Virus record (IMG/VR): IMGVR_UViG_3300045988_124399
Coordinates: 1 to 49,127 of that record
From: a virus
DNA: 49,127 nt
Direction: 5' to 3' (one strand)
Below are positions 9,238-19,909 of this stretch, in pieces. Below the pieces are notes generated by a model. That model made no database searches and was not told the origin of the DNA. It saw only the letters and a program-made list of their open reading frames with translations. Position numbers and translations under genes: made by a program. How positions within the stretch are numbered: position 1 is the first letter of the stretch; every line of letters begins with the position of its first letter.

Positions 9238-10821
9238 ATGAAACATACAAGTATTAAATTAAATACACCTTGTGAGTTTATAAATATAACTCCTGTAAAT
9301 CCTTTAATTTCTAAATGCCAAATTAAGGTTTGTTATGTAGATGATAAACCTAATCGTAACAAAAGCGTAATTACTAAAGATGTAGCGACTGAGATGGCTA
9401 ATAGCCTTCCCGGCAGTCCTATTGTTGGCTTTTTTAATGAGAATGCTGAAGATTTTGAAGAACATAATAGGATAATTGAATTATCTAACGGCGAATTTAG
9501 AATGAGAGATAATACTCGCCCTTATGGTTTTGTTGATCTTGGAGCTAAAGTTTGGTTTTAGAAATTTTTGGATGATGGTGTTGCCGAACGTGAGTATTTA
9601 ATGACTGAAGGTTATTTGTGGACTGGTTAGTATCCTGAATGTAAACGTGTAGTTGATAAAGGGAATAATCATTCTATGGAGCTTGATGAAAAAACATTAA
9701 ATGCTACGTGGGCAAAAGATAGTAATGGAAAGCCTTAGTTTTTTATTATAAATAAGGCAATTATTTCTAAACTTTGTATTTTGGGAGAAGAAAATGAACC
9801 TTGTTTCGAAGGCTCCCAAATCAATGTGAATTTTTCATTCGATGATGGTTTTAAGAACACTTTGTTCTCCATGATGAATGAACTTAAAGAATTTATGAAA
9901 GAAGGAGGACCCAAAGTGTTTACACAATATGCTGTTGAAATTGGCGATAGTTTGTGGAATTCTCTCTGGTCTTATGTTGAGACTAAGTATCCTGGCGAGC
10001 CTAGTAGTTATTGTTCTATTTATCGCATTGAAGGCGTTTATGAAGATGCTGGACAAAAGTTTGCTATTCTTCAAAATAGACAAGACCAAAAATATTATCG
10101 CATGGACTTTTCTCTTACCGATGTAGAAGGCTTTGTTCCTTCTGATGCTTTAACTGAAGTAACTAAGTCTTATACTCCGGCAGCAGAGCCTCAGTTTGCT
10201 CTTGCTGATATTGAAGCTTTTGAGACTGATTATGCTTCAAAGAAAAAGGCTGAAGAAGAGGACAAAAATAATAAATCTAACGACCAAAACCCTGATAATA
10301 AATCAGAGGGCAATGATAATAAAAAGAACCCTGATAATGGGGAACCCTCTAATAAGTCTGATAAAGGCGACAATGGTGAGAATGATGATAAAAAGAAAAA
10401 GAAGAATTATTCTCTTGAGGACGTTGTTGAATATACTGAACTTAAAGCTCAGTATGATGAATTACAGACTAAATTCGCAGCTCTTGAAACTGAAAATAAT
10501 AGCTTGAAAGAACAAATTGCTCCACTTGCTGAATTTAAAAATGCTGCTGAGAAGAAAGATAAAGAAGATATGATTGCTAAATTCTATATGCTTTCTGATG
10601 AAGATAAGGCTGATGTTGTTGAAAATATTGATAAATATTCTCTTGATGATATTGAAGCTAAATTATCTGTTATTTGTGTTCGCAACAAGGTGAGTTTCGA
10701 CCTTGACGAAAATAATAAGCCCAATGGTGCTACTACTTTTAATTTGAACGATAATGGTTCAGAAGATGATGATATGCCCGCTTGGGTGAAGGCGGCTTTT
10801 GCTACCGCCAACAAAAATTAA
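9238..10821 (+). CDS. Prohead scaffolding protein, possibly protease-scaffold fusion or nested arrangement (3 TAG, all in the first ~170 codons)
   Basis: ORFs 9238 and 9781 share a frame joined through TAG. There is a long acidic/Lys low-complexity segment plus a coiled coil (KAQYDELQTKFAALETENNSLKEQIAPL). Confidence 0.5.
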
Positions 10822-10838
10822 TAAGGAGGACATACTAA

Positions 10839-11756
10839 ATGTTTAAAGACTTTTTGAATAAGAATCTTCCTATTAAGTCTCAGGCAAAGTATGTTGAGTT
10901 TGGTTACGGTCAGGTCGAGCCTAATCACCTTTCCGCACAAAGAAATGCTCAAATCTATGCTCAACTTCCTGCCAATAAAGACATTGAGATTCTTGAAAAC
11001 GGTCAGTTTGTAAAGTATGACTATGCTGCTAATGGTAATGGTATCGGCGAAGTCAACTTCACTGGCGAAGGCGAATGGATGCTCGTTTATAACGAGATTA
11101 AGCTTTATCGTGATCATTATGATGGCAGTAAGCAGTGGGATTGCGAATTTGCTATGATTAAAGATGACTATCAGGCTCGTGTTTATAGCCCTTATGATTG
11201 GGAGCATACCGAGGTTGAATATGGTGGTCGTTTCTGGAACGGCGTTGATGAAAAGGGTCAAACCTATAAGTTAATCAATCAGACTGTTTCCGCAGATCAG
11301 GGCTTAAAGACTGTAACTATTGCTGGTCGTGTTTATGATGTCGATGAAGCCGGCAAGTTTACTTATGATGGTAATGAATATACTCTTGATAGTAATCATC
11401 AGGTTGCTAATGTTCCTGTAAAGTATTACTATGATAAGCTTCTTACTGATGTTCCTGATATGTATGAAATGAATTGGACTAATGATCCATATCATAAGTT
11501 AGGTATCTATCATGAGAAGTTCATGGAATCTGGTACTTCTATGGTTCCTCGTGTATTTAAGACCATGATTGGTGATCTTTATACTACTAATATGATTAAT
11601 GAAGAGACTCTTGCTGTTGGAGATAAGCTTTCTCCTTCTGCTGCTACAAAGGGTATTCTTAGCAAAACTGGCGACGATTCAATGACCTGGCAGGTTGTTA
11701 AGGTTTATACTATGCCTGATGGTCAAAAGGGCGTCAAGGTAATGCGTATTAAGTAA
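10839..11756 (+). CDS. Capsid-associated structural protein (TAG-free, GC3-rich codons)
   Basis: 305-aa uninterrupted ORF with a strong AAGGAGG Shine-Dalgarno. It sits immediately upstream of the capsid gene. It has many CAG/GGT/GCT codons and no TAG. Confidence 0.45.
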   Translation: MFKDFLNKNLPIKSQAKYVEFGYGQVEPNHLSAQRNAQIYAQLPANKDIEILENGQFVKYDYAANGNGIGEVNFTGEGEWMLVYNEIKLYRDHYDGSKQWDCEFAMIKDDYQARVYSPYDWEHTEVEYGGRFWNGVDEKGQTYKLINQTVSADQGLKTVTIAGRVYDVDEAGKFTYDGNEYTLDSNHQVANVPVKYYYDKLLTDVPDMYEMNWTNDPYHKLGIYHEKFMESGTSMVPRVFKTMIGDLYTTNMINEETLAVGDKLSPSAATKGILSKTGDDSMTWQVVKVYTMPDGQKGVKVMRIK

Positions 11757-11773
11757 GAAAGGAGAAAAGGATA

Positions 11774-12880
11774 ATGTTAGATAAAAATAATTTAATTGCT
11801 CTTATGAAGCAAGTTGCTAAGGCTGATCCTTCTGCTCCTGTTGCTTATAGTTATGAGGGAAAAAATCTTAGTTATGAAGCCTTAAATGAAACTCTTCGTA
11901 ATGAAATGAATGAGTTGGCTGGCACTTACGCTCTTTATCGTGAAAATAAGAATCTTATTTTCTCTATGATTGAGCAGACTCTTGATGAGGTTCTTCCTAA
12001 GAAAGTTATTCAGCAATATGATCAGTTTGCTGAGGTTAAGACTTTCGCTCAGGGTGATAAGCCTATCTTCCGTCGCCCTCTTAATAATCGTGCTCGTGCT
12101 AAGCAGTTTGTAACTCGCGTTGGTCTTGCTGGTATTTATGAAGTCTTCAAGCTCGGACCTAAAGAGAATGAAGCCTTTGAGGTACGTACTAGCGCTATCG
12201 GCGGAGCTGCTCAGATTGGCTTCGAAGAGTTCCTTGATGGTCGTGTTGATTTCGGTGAAGTAACCAAGATCATCATGGATGGTATGGATGAACTTATTTA
12301 TAAAGAAGTTGCTGCTGCTCTTAGATCTTCTATCAATCAGCTTCCTCCTGCTAACCGCGTTGCGGCTGCCGGATTTGATGAAGCTGCTATGGATCGTTTG
12401 ATCACTATTGCTTCTGCTTATGGCACTCCTACTATTTATTGTACTTATGAGTTCGCTGTTAAGATGATTCCTCATGAGGCTTGGAGATATACTGAAGCTA
12501 TGAAGAACGAACTTTGGAATAATGGTCGTCTTGCTACTTACAAGGGCACTAAGGTTATTATTCTTGAGCAGGGCTTTGAAGATGAAACCAATACTCGTAA
12601 GGTTATTGATCCTGGTTATGCTTGGGTTATTCCTACGGGCGCTGATGGTAAACCTGTAAAGATTGCTTTCGAAGGTGGCACTATTGTTGACGAGTTCAAT
12701 AATTATGACCGTTCTCGTGAGATTCAGGTTTACAAGAAGGTTGGCGTAGTTTGTATGCTTGCTAATAACATCTGTGCTTATGTTGATACTTCACTTCTCG
12801 GTCAGATGTATACTTGGAATTATGATGGAGTCACCGGTAAGGTTGTCACTTATGATGGCCGTCTTGATGGCAAAATCTAA
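11774..12880 (+). CDS. Major capsid protein (TAG-free)
   Basis: 368 aa at the synteny position after portal and scaffold. A strong terminator follows. Codon usage is that of a highly expressed gene (CGT, GCT, GGT, CAG) and there is zero TAG. Confidence 0.55.
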   Translation: MLDKNNLIALMKQVAKADPSAPVAYSYEGKNLSYEALNETLRNEMNELAGTYALYRENKNLIFSMIEQTLDEVLPKKVIQQYDQFAEVKTFAQGDKPIFRRPLNNRARAKQFVTRVGLAGIYEVFKLGPKENEAFEVRTSAIGGAAQIGFEEFLDGRVDFGEVTKIIMDGMDELIYKEVAAALRSSINQLPPANRVAAAGFDEAAMDRLITIASAYGTPTIYCTYEFAVKMIPHEAWRYTEAMKNELWNNGRLATYKGTKVIILEQGFEDETNTRKVIDPGYAWVIPTGADGKPVKIAFEGGTIVDEFNNYDRSREIQVYKKVGVVCMLANNICAYVDTSLLGQMYTWNYDGVTGKVVTYDGRLDGKI

Positions 12881-12900
12881 TTTAATATAAATTATTCCAT

Positions 12901-12943
12901 GGGGAGAAGGGATTAAACTCCCTCTCCCCATATTTTTGTTTTA
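12901..12943 (+). terminator. Rho-independent terminator after the capsid gene
   Basis: GGGGAGAAGGGA-TTAAAC-TCCCTCTCCCC followed by ATATTTTTGTTTT. Confidence 0.75.
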
Positions 12944-12966
12944 TGAGTAAAAGGAGAAATTGAATA

Positions 12967-13560
12967 ATGATTAATAATGAAGATATTTATAATGTAAAAA
13001 ATAGAAGCACTAGTGTAGTTGTTTATACTATTCCTGATACTAATTTGCGTCGTGAGTTTGCGCCCGGTGAGACTAAGCGTATTCCATTTGGTGAGCTAGA
13101 GAAGTTAACTTATCAGGCAGGCGGCCGCGAATTAATTGCTAATTTTTTACAAATTTTAGAGCCAGAAGTAACTCATACTCTTAATGTTCATACTGAACCT
13201 GAATATAATATGTCAGAGCAACAAGTTGCTGATTTAATTCTTAATGGCTCATTAGATGCTTTCTTAGATGCTCTTGATTTTGCTCCTATTGGAATTATTG
13301 ACTTAATCAAGAATTTATCTGTTAGCCTTCCTATTACTGATATTAATAAGCGTAGAGCTTTGAAGGAAAAAACTGGGTTTGATGTTGATAAAGCTATTGC
13401 TAATGATATCGCTAGTAAAGAAGAAGATACTATTGTAGAGAAAGAACCCGCTGCTAAGCGCCGTGTAGTAAGAGAAGAACCTACTACTCAAGGTCGTCGC
13501 ACAAGCGGTTCTGGATATAAAGTAATTAATAAAACCGAGGAAACTTCCTCCAAGAAATAA
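12967..13560 (+). CDS. Hypothetical head or neck structural protein (TAG-free)
   Basis: 197-aa uninterrupted ORF. AAAGGAGA precedes the start and the stop is TAA. Confidence 0.4.
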   Translation: MINNEDIYNVKNRSTSVVVYTIPDTNLRREFAPGETKRIPFGELEKLTYQAGGRELIANFLQILEPEVTHTLNVHTEPEYNMSEQQVADLILNGSLDAFLDALDFAPIGIIDLIKNLSVSLPITDINKRRALKEKTGFDVDKAIANDIASKEEDTIVEKEPAAKRRVVREEPTTQGRRTSGSGYKVINKTEETSSKK

Positions 13561-13579
13561 TTTATAGGAGGGCGATTAA

Positions 13580-14152
13580 GTGGGAACATTATTCTCAACT
13601 GTTTATAATCGCTTTCTAAACAAGGTTACTGATGATATGTATCTGGAATTGACTCCTGAAGATACTCTAAGAGATTTATAGAATCTTATAATAGATGCTA
13701 TTCCTGGATTTGAATTTCCGCGAAAAAATCTTTTAGATTATAATTTAGATGTCGCTACTATTAATGAATCTGACGCTATGCCGGATGATTTTATTGTAGG
13801 AACAGTATGGGGGGAACTTCCAGAACCGGGTGAAGAACCTCAAGTTTTAGTTGATAGATCCAGTTTTAATTGTGATCTAACTGAAGAAGAAATTAATATT
13901 TTAGCTATTTTAATGATGTGCGGTTGGACGCAAAGACAAGTCACTTCAATTGAGAATACTCGAATGAAATATAGTGGCTCTGATTTTAAATTTACTTCTT
14001 AGGCAAATCATCTATCAAAGCTATTGAATTTATTAGGTGAATGCCAAAGACAATCTCACCATATGTAGCGTTTATATAAACGCAGACGTTTAAATAATAA
14101 AGGTGAGTATGAATCTAATTGGGATGTATTTAAAAGTCGATATGATTACTAA
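13580..14152 (+). CDS. Head-tail connector / head completion protein (GTG start, 3 TAG)
   Basis: AGGAGGG lies upstream of GTG 13580. The frame is continuous to the TAA at 14150. The call is by position. Confidence 0.4.
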
Positions 14153-14450
14153 ATATAATTTTGATATTCCAATAGAGAGTATAAAAGTAAATTGTTTGCG
14201 CTTAACCAATCAATTATGGAAATTAATTCCAATGCGCGAAAATAATGAAGATTGGCATAAATAGCTAGAAACTGTTATAAATGAAATTGTGGGGTTTAGT
14301 GTAATTTTTAACGCTGAACCCCTTTATTTATAGTTATTAAATAAACTTGAGGGATTGTAGAATCAAGATACTGATTTTAATTTTTATCGTAAGACTGTGT
14401 TTGAAACGATCAGTCTTTTGTAGGAGATAAATTATGGCGTCAGGGTTTGA
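14142..14450 (+). CDS. Small neck/adaptor protein (4 TAG)
   Basis: The ATG overlaps the upstream stop. The 102-aa frame ends in TGA and overlaps the next ATG. Confidence 0.35.
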
Positions 14451-15498
14451 TTATAGTAGTAAGCAACCTTTTAGATTATAGCAAGGTCGCTTAGGAATTT
14501 ATGATAAGCCACCCTTTAAAGGTAGCCCTGTTGAAGGCGTTAATTATATGGCGGTTCGGCTCGGTCAGATGGGCGGAAATCGCCAACAAGAGCGTATGAT
14601 TTTATCTAAGCGCAGAAGTTTAGATAGAGCAGTATGGAATTCATACCAAGCCGCAGAAATTATTAAATAGGATGCGGAATATAAAAAACCTATTAGGTGT
14701 TTGATTAATCCTAACAAATTGAAATAGGATTATGATGATAAGATTTTGTCTGTTGGAAATGAATATTAGTTTAAACCAGGAGATATTTTTGAATGGTGTG
14801 GAACTAATACCTATTGGATTTGTTATCTTTAGGATTTGACTGAATTAGCTTATTTTAGAGGAGATATTAGAAAATGCTCTTATAAAATAAATTGGGTAGA
14901 TGAGGGAGAGAAAAAGTCTACTTATGCAGCAATTCGTGGTCCTGTAGAAACGAAAATTAATTATATTCAAAAACATGAAATTAGTGTAGATATTCCTAAT
15001 TATTCATTAAATATTTTGATGCCTAAGAATAAAGATACTTTGAGTTATTTTAAGCGGTATACAAAATTTTATTTAGATAGTTAGGATGATGGAGATAATT
15101 TAATTTGTTGGCGTGTTGAAGCTGTAGATTCCATAAGTATGCCTGGTATTTTAGAAGTTAATGCGACTGAATATTATATTAATGAGTAGGAAGATAATTT
15201 AGAGGATAAGACTGTTGGTTCTTTAATTGCGGAACCGATTGATCCGAATCCTACAACAACTGATATTATAGGGGAAACGTTTATTTTTCCAAAGAAAACT
15301 TATACTTATTATTTTGATGGTGAAGTTGTTTTAGAATGGAAAATAAAAAATAATAAAAAGTTGCCGGTTTCTTTAAAAATTATTAAAGAAGCAAAAAAAC
15401 CAACAGTTGAAATAAGTTGGACTTCTGGATATAGTGGATAGTTCGATTTACTATATGGAGATTATAAAAAAACGATAATTGTTCAATCATTGTTTTAA
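14434..15498 (+). CDS. Hypothetical structural protein (about 7 TAG)
   Basis: Frame 1 is continuous from ATG 14434 through track ORF 14836 to the TAA at 15496. Confidence 0.4.
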
Positions 15499-15513
15499 GG
15501 AGAAAAAGGTGTT

Positions 15514-16095
15514 ATGAAGATTGATGGAGTAAAGATTCCTAAATCTAGTTTCTTATCTATGGAAAAGGATTTAGAAATTGTTGTAAATCATTTATGTAAA
15601 AATGAAAGATTAAAACGTTTATTGTATTATACTACCCCAGATGCTATAGACAAGCCAAATCTGAGTGATGAACAAATGATTTAGTTATTTAAGAAAAATA
15701 TTAAATTAATTCCTAAATTATATGTTGATGGTAGTGTTTTAAATTATGTCGTAATTAGTTTTGATAATTTTATTCCTAATGATACAAATCCAGAATTTAG
15801 GGATAATATTATTGAATTCGATATAGTTTGTCATTATGATTAGTGGCATTTAAAAGATTATTAGTTGCGTCCTTATCGCATTGCTGCGGAAATAGATAGT
15901 ATGATAGATAAAACACATTTAACAGGTATTGGAAAATTGGAATTTCTTGGTGGTAACCAAATTATTTTAACTGATGAATATGCTGGTTTATGTCTTATGT
16001 ATACTGCTATTCATGGTGAAGAAGATAAGAAATTTATGCCAAATCCCAATGATGAAGAAAGATTTTTAAAAGACTTTTAGGATAGAACTAAATAA
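15514..16095 (+). CDS. Hypothetical neck / tail-completion protein (4 TAG)
   Basis: AAGGAGAAAAAGG lies upstream. The frame is continuous through ORF 15865. The TAA overlaps the next ATG. Confidence 0.4.
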
Positions 16096-16820
16096 TGGAT
16101 TTACGTTTAGGCTTAATGTGCGGAATTGATTTACCAATACCAGAACTTTAGGCTACAATTCATTAGCCAAAGATAAAAGAGATTGCTTTTGTCGGTGAAA
16201 AAGATTTCTTCCTTGGGGTTCAATGTCTTTGTATTGATAAAAATATAATAGCCAATTAGGGCGAAAGTCTTTTAGTTAATACGAATAATTTTTAGATATT
16301 TATGACAATGATGAAAGAAAAAGAGATGGCTGAAAAAAAAGATTCAGTCATAAATGTTTTTTCTCTTATATTTCCAAAATATAAAACTTTATTTACTCCA
16401 AGATCTATCATTTTACAAAGTGATACTTAGATAATGATTGATGATTCAAATTTTGAAATTCTTTAGGAATATTTAAAGGAAATATTTTGTTTTAAATCTT
16501 CTATGTCTCAAGAGCTGGGTTTTAACCCTGCTAATGATACTGCTAAAAAAATTGCAGATAAATTAATGAGAGGTAGATAGAGAGTTGCTGAATTAAATGG
16601 TTCAGCTAATGTTAGTATATTTAGTTAGTATCTTTCAATGCTTACTGTAGGTTTAGATTCAATGTCTCTACAGGATTTAATGGATTTAACAATGTTCCAA
16701 CTTTTTGACCTTGTTGAAAGATATTAGCTTTATATTAATTGGGATATTGATATTCGGTCAAGGCTAGCAGGCGGAAAACCTGATGGCAAACCGGAGAACT
16801 GGATGAAAAATATCCATTAA
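16095..16820 (+). CDS. Hypothetical tail-completion protein (about 9 TAG)
   Basis: Frame 0 is continuous to the TAA at 16818. It lies immediately upstream of the major tail protein. Confidence 0.35.
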
Positions 16821-16844
16821 ATTTATTAAGGAGGAAAATAACCT

Positions 16845-17843
16845 ATGAAATTTGGTGTTCGCGAAATTTGCGATGTCGTTTTAAAGGCTAAGGCAACTCA
16901 GAAGGTTGGTAATAAAATCTTTTATAGAAATGAGCCAGTTATTTATTTCGACACTTTAAAAACTTCCAGCATGGAAGGCGCTGCTACCACTGTATATGCA
17001 CAGGGAGGACGCGGTAATGCTCGTTTAGTAGCCTGGGAAGGTGAGCGTACTGTTACCTTTACAATGGAAGATGCTCTTATTTCTCCAGAAGGTTTCATGA
17101 TTCTTTCTGGTGCTGGTCTTGTTGAAGCAAGTGCTACTAGTACTATTAAACAGCACGTTACTGAAACTGTAGATAAATCACAAATTGATAGTACAACTAC
17201 TGAAGGACAAGTTACTATTCGTGTTTCTAAAAAGCCCTATCTTCCAACAGACGAACAAGAGAATTTTGCTTATGTTATGTTTGTCAAAGATGGCGAAATT
17301 ATCACTGAGCCTTTTATTCCTGTCCATGAGGAGTTAACCGCTAAGAAAGATACTAATGGTAATGAATATTTTGAATTAACTCTTAAAACTCCACATGATG
17401 ATTATATTGCTGGTACAGGTAATTATACTTTTAATGAAAAGAACGGCCTTCCAGCGGCTGCAGCATATGATAGTGCTATTGTTGATTATTATACTGAAAA
17501 GGCTAGCGGCGCTCAACAGATTGAGATTACTGCTGATAAATTCGGTGGTAACTATTATCTTGAAGCCTCTACTTTATTCCGTGATCAAAATGGTGTTGAT
17601 ATGCCTGCTGAATTTATTATTCCTAACTGCAAGATTCAGTCTAACTTCACCTTTACAATGGCTTCTTCTGGTGATCCTTCTACTTTCACCTTTACTATGG
17701 ATGCTTTCCCTGACTATACTCGTTTTGACCACAGTAAGAAAGTTCTTGCGGCAATTCAAATTATTGAGGAAGGCGGAGCTAGTGACCTCCATCGTACTAT
17801 GACTGCTCACGACGAGGCTCACAATGCTTCTTTCACTGACTGA
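16845..17843 (+). CDS. Major tail (tube) protein (TAG-free)
   Basis: 332 aa. AAGGAGGA precedes the start. The protein is Thr/Ser-rich and beta-rich. It sits ahead of the chaperone/tape-measure region. It has highly-expressed codon usage and no TAG. Confidence 0.5.
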   Translation: MKFGVREICDVVLKAKATQKVGNKIFYRNEPVIYFDTLKTSSMEGAATTVYAQGGRGNARLVAWEGERTVTFTMEDALISPEGFMILSGAGLVEASATSTIKQHVTETVDKSQIDSTTTEGQVTIRVSKKPYLPTDEQENFAYVMFVKDGEIITEPFIPVHEELTAKKDTNGNEYFELTLKTPHDDYIAGTGNYTFNEKNGLPAAAAYDSAIVDYYTEKASGAQQIEITADKFGGNYYLEASTLFRDQNGVDMPAEFIIPNCKIQSNFTFTMASSGDPSTFTFTMDAFPDYTRFDHSKKVLAAIQIIEEGGASDLHRTMTAHDEAHNASFTD

Positions 17844-18016
17844 TGATTATTAAAGGTAAACGTTGGAACATCCAAAAGAAAACTGAGGAAGTAAAAAACA
17901 ACAATACCAAGAAAGAGAAAAAAGCTGTTAAATCTATTAAGGTTCCTGAAGAGCCTGTGGTTTCTGAAGAAGAAATTGATGAGGTCAGCAAATTCTTTAA
18001 TTTAGATAAAGAATAA
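17843..18016 (+). CDS. 57-aa Lys/Glu-rich ORF overlapping the major tail protein stop (TGATG), or a frameshift extension of it
   Basis: MIIKGKRWNIQKKTEEVKNNNTKKEKKAVKSIKVPEEPVVSEEEIDEVSKFFNLDKE. It has no Shine-Dalgarno of its own. It ends just before the terminator. Confidence 0.25.
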   Translation: MIIKGKRWNIQKKTEEVKNNNTKKEKKAVKSIKVPEEPVVSEEEIDEVSKFFNLDKE

Positions 18017-18022
18017 TTTTAT

Positions 18023-18058
18023 GGGAGAGAATAGAAATATTCTCTCCCATTTTTTTTA
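18023..18058 (+). terminator. Rho-independent terminator
   Basis: GGGAGAGAATA-GAAA-TATTCTCTCCC followed by TTTTTTTT. Confidence 0.75.
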
Positions 18059-18081
18059 TTTAGGGAGAAAGGAGAGATAAT

Positions 18082-19188
18082 ATGAATTCATTATAGAGAA
18101 GTATTAAGGCCAGTCCAAGAGAAATGAATACAGAAGATTTTTTAAAGAAATCTTATGAATTTACAAAAAGAAGTATGAGTTAGAAATTAAGAGCAAGAGA
18201 TACTTCTGAAAAACAAGCTAAAAAATTAGAAGAATTCTTTCAAAGTATTCAAAATAGATAGCTTGGAAATCCTATCGAAAATATCCAAATGAGTGAATTA
18301 TTAGATGCTTTAGAATAGATTAATCCTTAGCTTTTTAATTCAATGAAATATTTATTTACTACGCCAGATAACTATGGAGATTCTAATGATGCGCATGGTA
18401 AATATTTTGAAGGGGTTATAGCGGAAGCGGTTGCCACTGCGGAGAATTATTTTGCTGGTAATAAAACTATGACTATAAGTGGAAGTAGTAAAAAGGCTGG
18501 AACCGCATCTGTTAACCTTATAGATTTAGCAAAGGATTTAGATGAAGATACAAAAAATTTAATGAATGATATTTATTAGAAAACTGCTCAAGAAATGAAA
18601 AAAGATAGTGAAGCTGCATCTTCTACAATAAAAGGAGTTTCTGGCAAAGCGGATATTATAGGAATTTAGTAGAATTATACAATATAGAAAACTAGCCATT
18701 TAGAATTAGATGAAGAAATTTATGATGCTTTATTAAATGCTACTTTTACTGCGAAAAATTATATGTCTAACACTTAGATTGAATTAGGATCTACTAATCC
18801 TTTTCGTGTTTTTATGACTATGATTCCTCTTGGAGGAGCTACAAGTAAAATTTAGAGATATTACCGTATGTTGGCTTGTAAATAGAAGCACTTTCCTGAT
18901 AAGCATCCTGATGCACCAAAGTATTTTTATAGATTAAGAGCTATTTATGAATTAACTGGTGGAAAATCTAATTATACTAATACTGTATTAAATAAGCTAA
19001 TAGGTGGAAATTATACTAAATTTTTAGTTTTAAATTTATAGGGACATATAAGAGTTATTCCTACTTAGAGTGTCATAAAAGAGCTTATTGACAATATTGA
19101 TGATGATTAGTTTAATAAAGATATAGATTGGCAAAAGGCTTTATATGGACGTATTAGGATTAATCAAAATAAATTTAGTGAAATTTAA
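18082..19188 (+). CDS. Hypothetical tail-module protein (about 19 TAG)
   Basis: GGGAGAAAGGAGAG lies upstream. Frame 1 is continuous through ORF 18343 to the TAA at 19186. Confidence 0.4.
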
Positions 19189-19190
19189 AA

Positions 19191-19219
19191 TTGACTAAAT
19201 AGAAAATTTTTTGTATAAT
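19191..19219 (+). promoter_or_regulatory. Consensus sigma-70 promoter TTGACT-17-TGnTATAAT
   Basis: TTGACT at 19191-19196 and an extended -10 TGTATAAT at 19212-19219 with a 17-bp spacer. It drives 19247..19780. Confidence 0.65.
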
Positions 19220-19246
19220 ATAATAAAGAGTAAAAGGAGATTAATT

Positions 19247-19780
19247 ATGGCTAAAATTTCATATACTAAATTAGGAATTAGCAAGGAAGAATTGAATAAA
19301 GTTCAGACTGTAGAATATAATGATCAGACTATTGAAGTAAAGCAATATCTTCCAGTTGCAGAAAAGAGTGAATTAATTACTCGTGTATTAAATAATTCTG
19401 TAGATGAAGACAATGGATATTATAATCTTTTAAAGATGGATATGCATCTTGCACTTGAGATTGTTTATGCTTATAGTAATATTAATTTTACAGAAAAGCA
19501 AAAAGAAGATTCAGCGAAGCTTTATGATATGCTCAATGCTTCAAAGGTGCTTAATCTTATTATTGGTCTTATTCCAGAGGGGGAGTTTTATTATTTAAAT
19601 AAGACTGTCCATGAAATGGCTAATAATATTGTAGCTTATCGCAATTCCGCGATGGGAATTATGGAGCGCATTACTACTGATTATAGTAACTTAAATTTTG
19701 ATGCTAGCACGATTCAAAAAGAGCTTGCCGATCCTAATAATATGACTTTATTGAAAGATATTCTCACTAAATTGGGCTAA
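19247..19780 (+). CDS. Putative tail assembly chaperone (TAG-free, own promoter and terminator)
   Basis: 177 aa from MAKISYTK. AAAAGGAGA precedes the start. The protein is helical and acidic. It sits immediately upstream of the tape measure gene. Confidence 0.35.
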   Translation: MAKISYTKLGISKEELNKVQTVEYNDQTIEVKQYLPVAEKSELITRVLNNSVDEDNGYYNLLKMDMHLALEIVYAYSNINFTEKQKEDSAKLYDMLNASKVLNLIIGLIPEGEFYYLNKTVHEMANNIVAYRNSAMGIMERITTDYSNLNFDASTIQKELADPNNMTLLKDILTKLG

Positions 19781-19825
19781 TTAAATTATTTAATTTAATT
19801 AATTTTTTAAAGTCATTAGAGTAAT

Positions 19826-19870
19826 GGGGATAAGAGTATTTTATTACTCTTATCCCCTTTTTATTTTTAT
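19826..19870 (+). terminator. Rho-independent terminator
   Basis: GGGGATAAGAGTA-TTTTA-TTACTCTTATCCCC followed by a T-run. Confidence 0.75.
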
Positions 19871-19909
19871 TTTGCAAAGTAAAAATTAAGAGAGAAAGGA
19901 GATTTTTTG

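Noticed and set aside
9835-12475. Antisense or alternative-frame ORFs 9835..10089(-), 9929..10126(+), 10196..10507(+), 10584..10814(-), 10818..11261(-), 11304..11495(-), 11882..12475(-)
   Set aside because: All overlap well-supported scaffold and capsid genes. They have low-complexity compositions typical of shadow ORFs in AT-rich DNA.
17395-17822. ORFs 17395..17802 (+) and 17574..17822 (-) inside the major tail protein gene
   Set aside because: They are alternative-frame or antisense shadows of a strongly coding gene and give Leu/Ile-rich nonsense proteins.
16845-18058. Possible additional TGA reassignment
   Set aside because: TGA occurs only at gene ends, with overlapping or closely following starts (14448, 17841, 35459, 38101). 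It never occurs inside the long merged frames. The tail gene ends with tandem TGA-TGA, consistent with a true stop.
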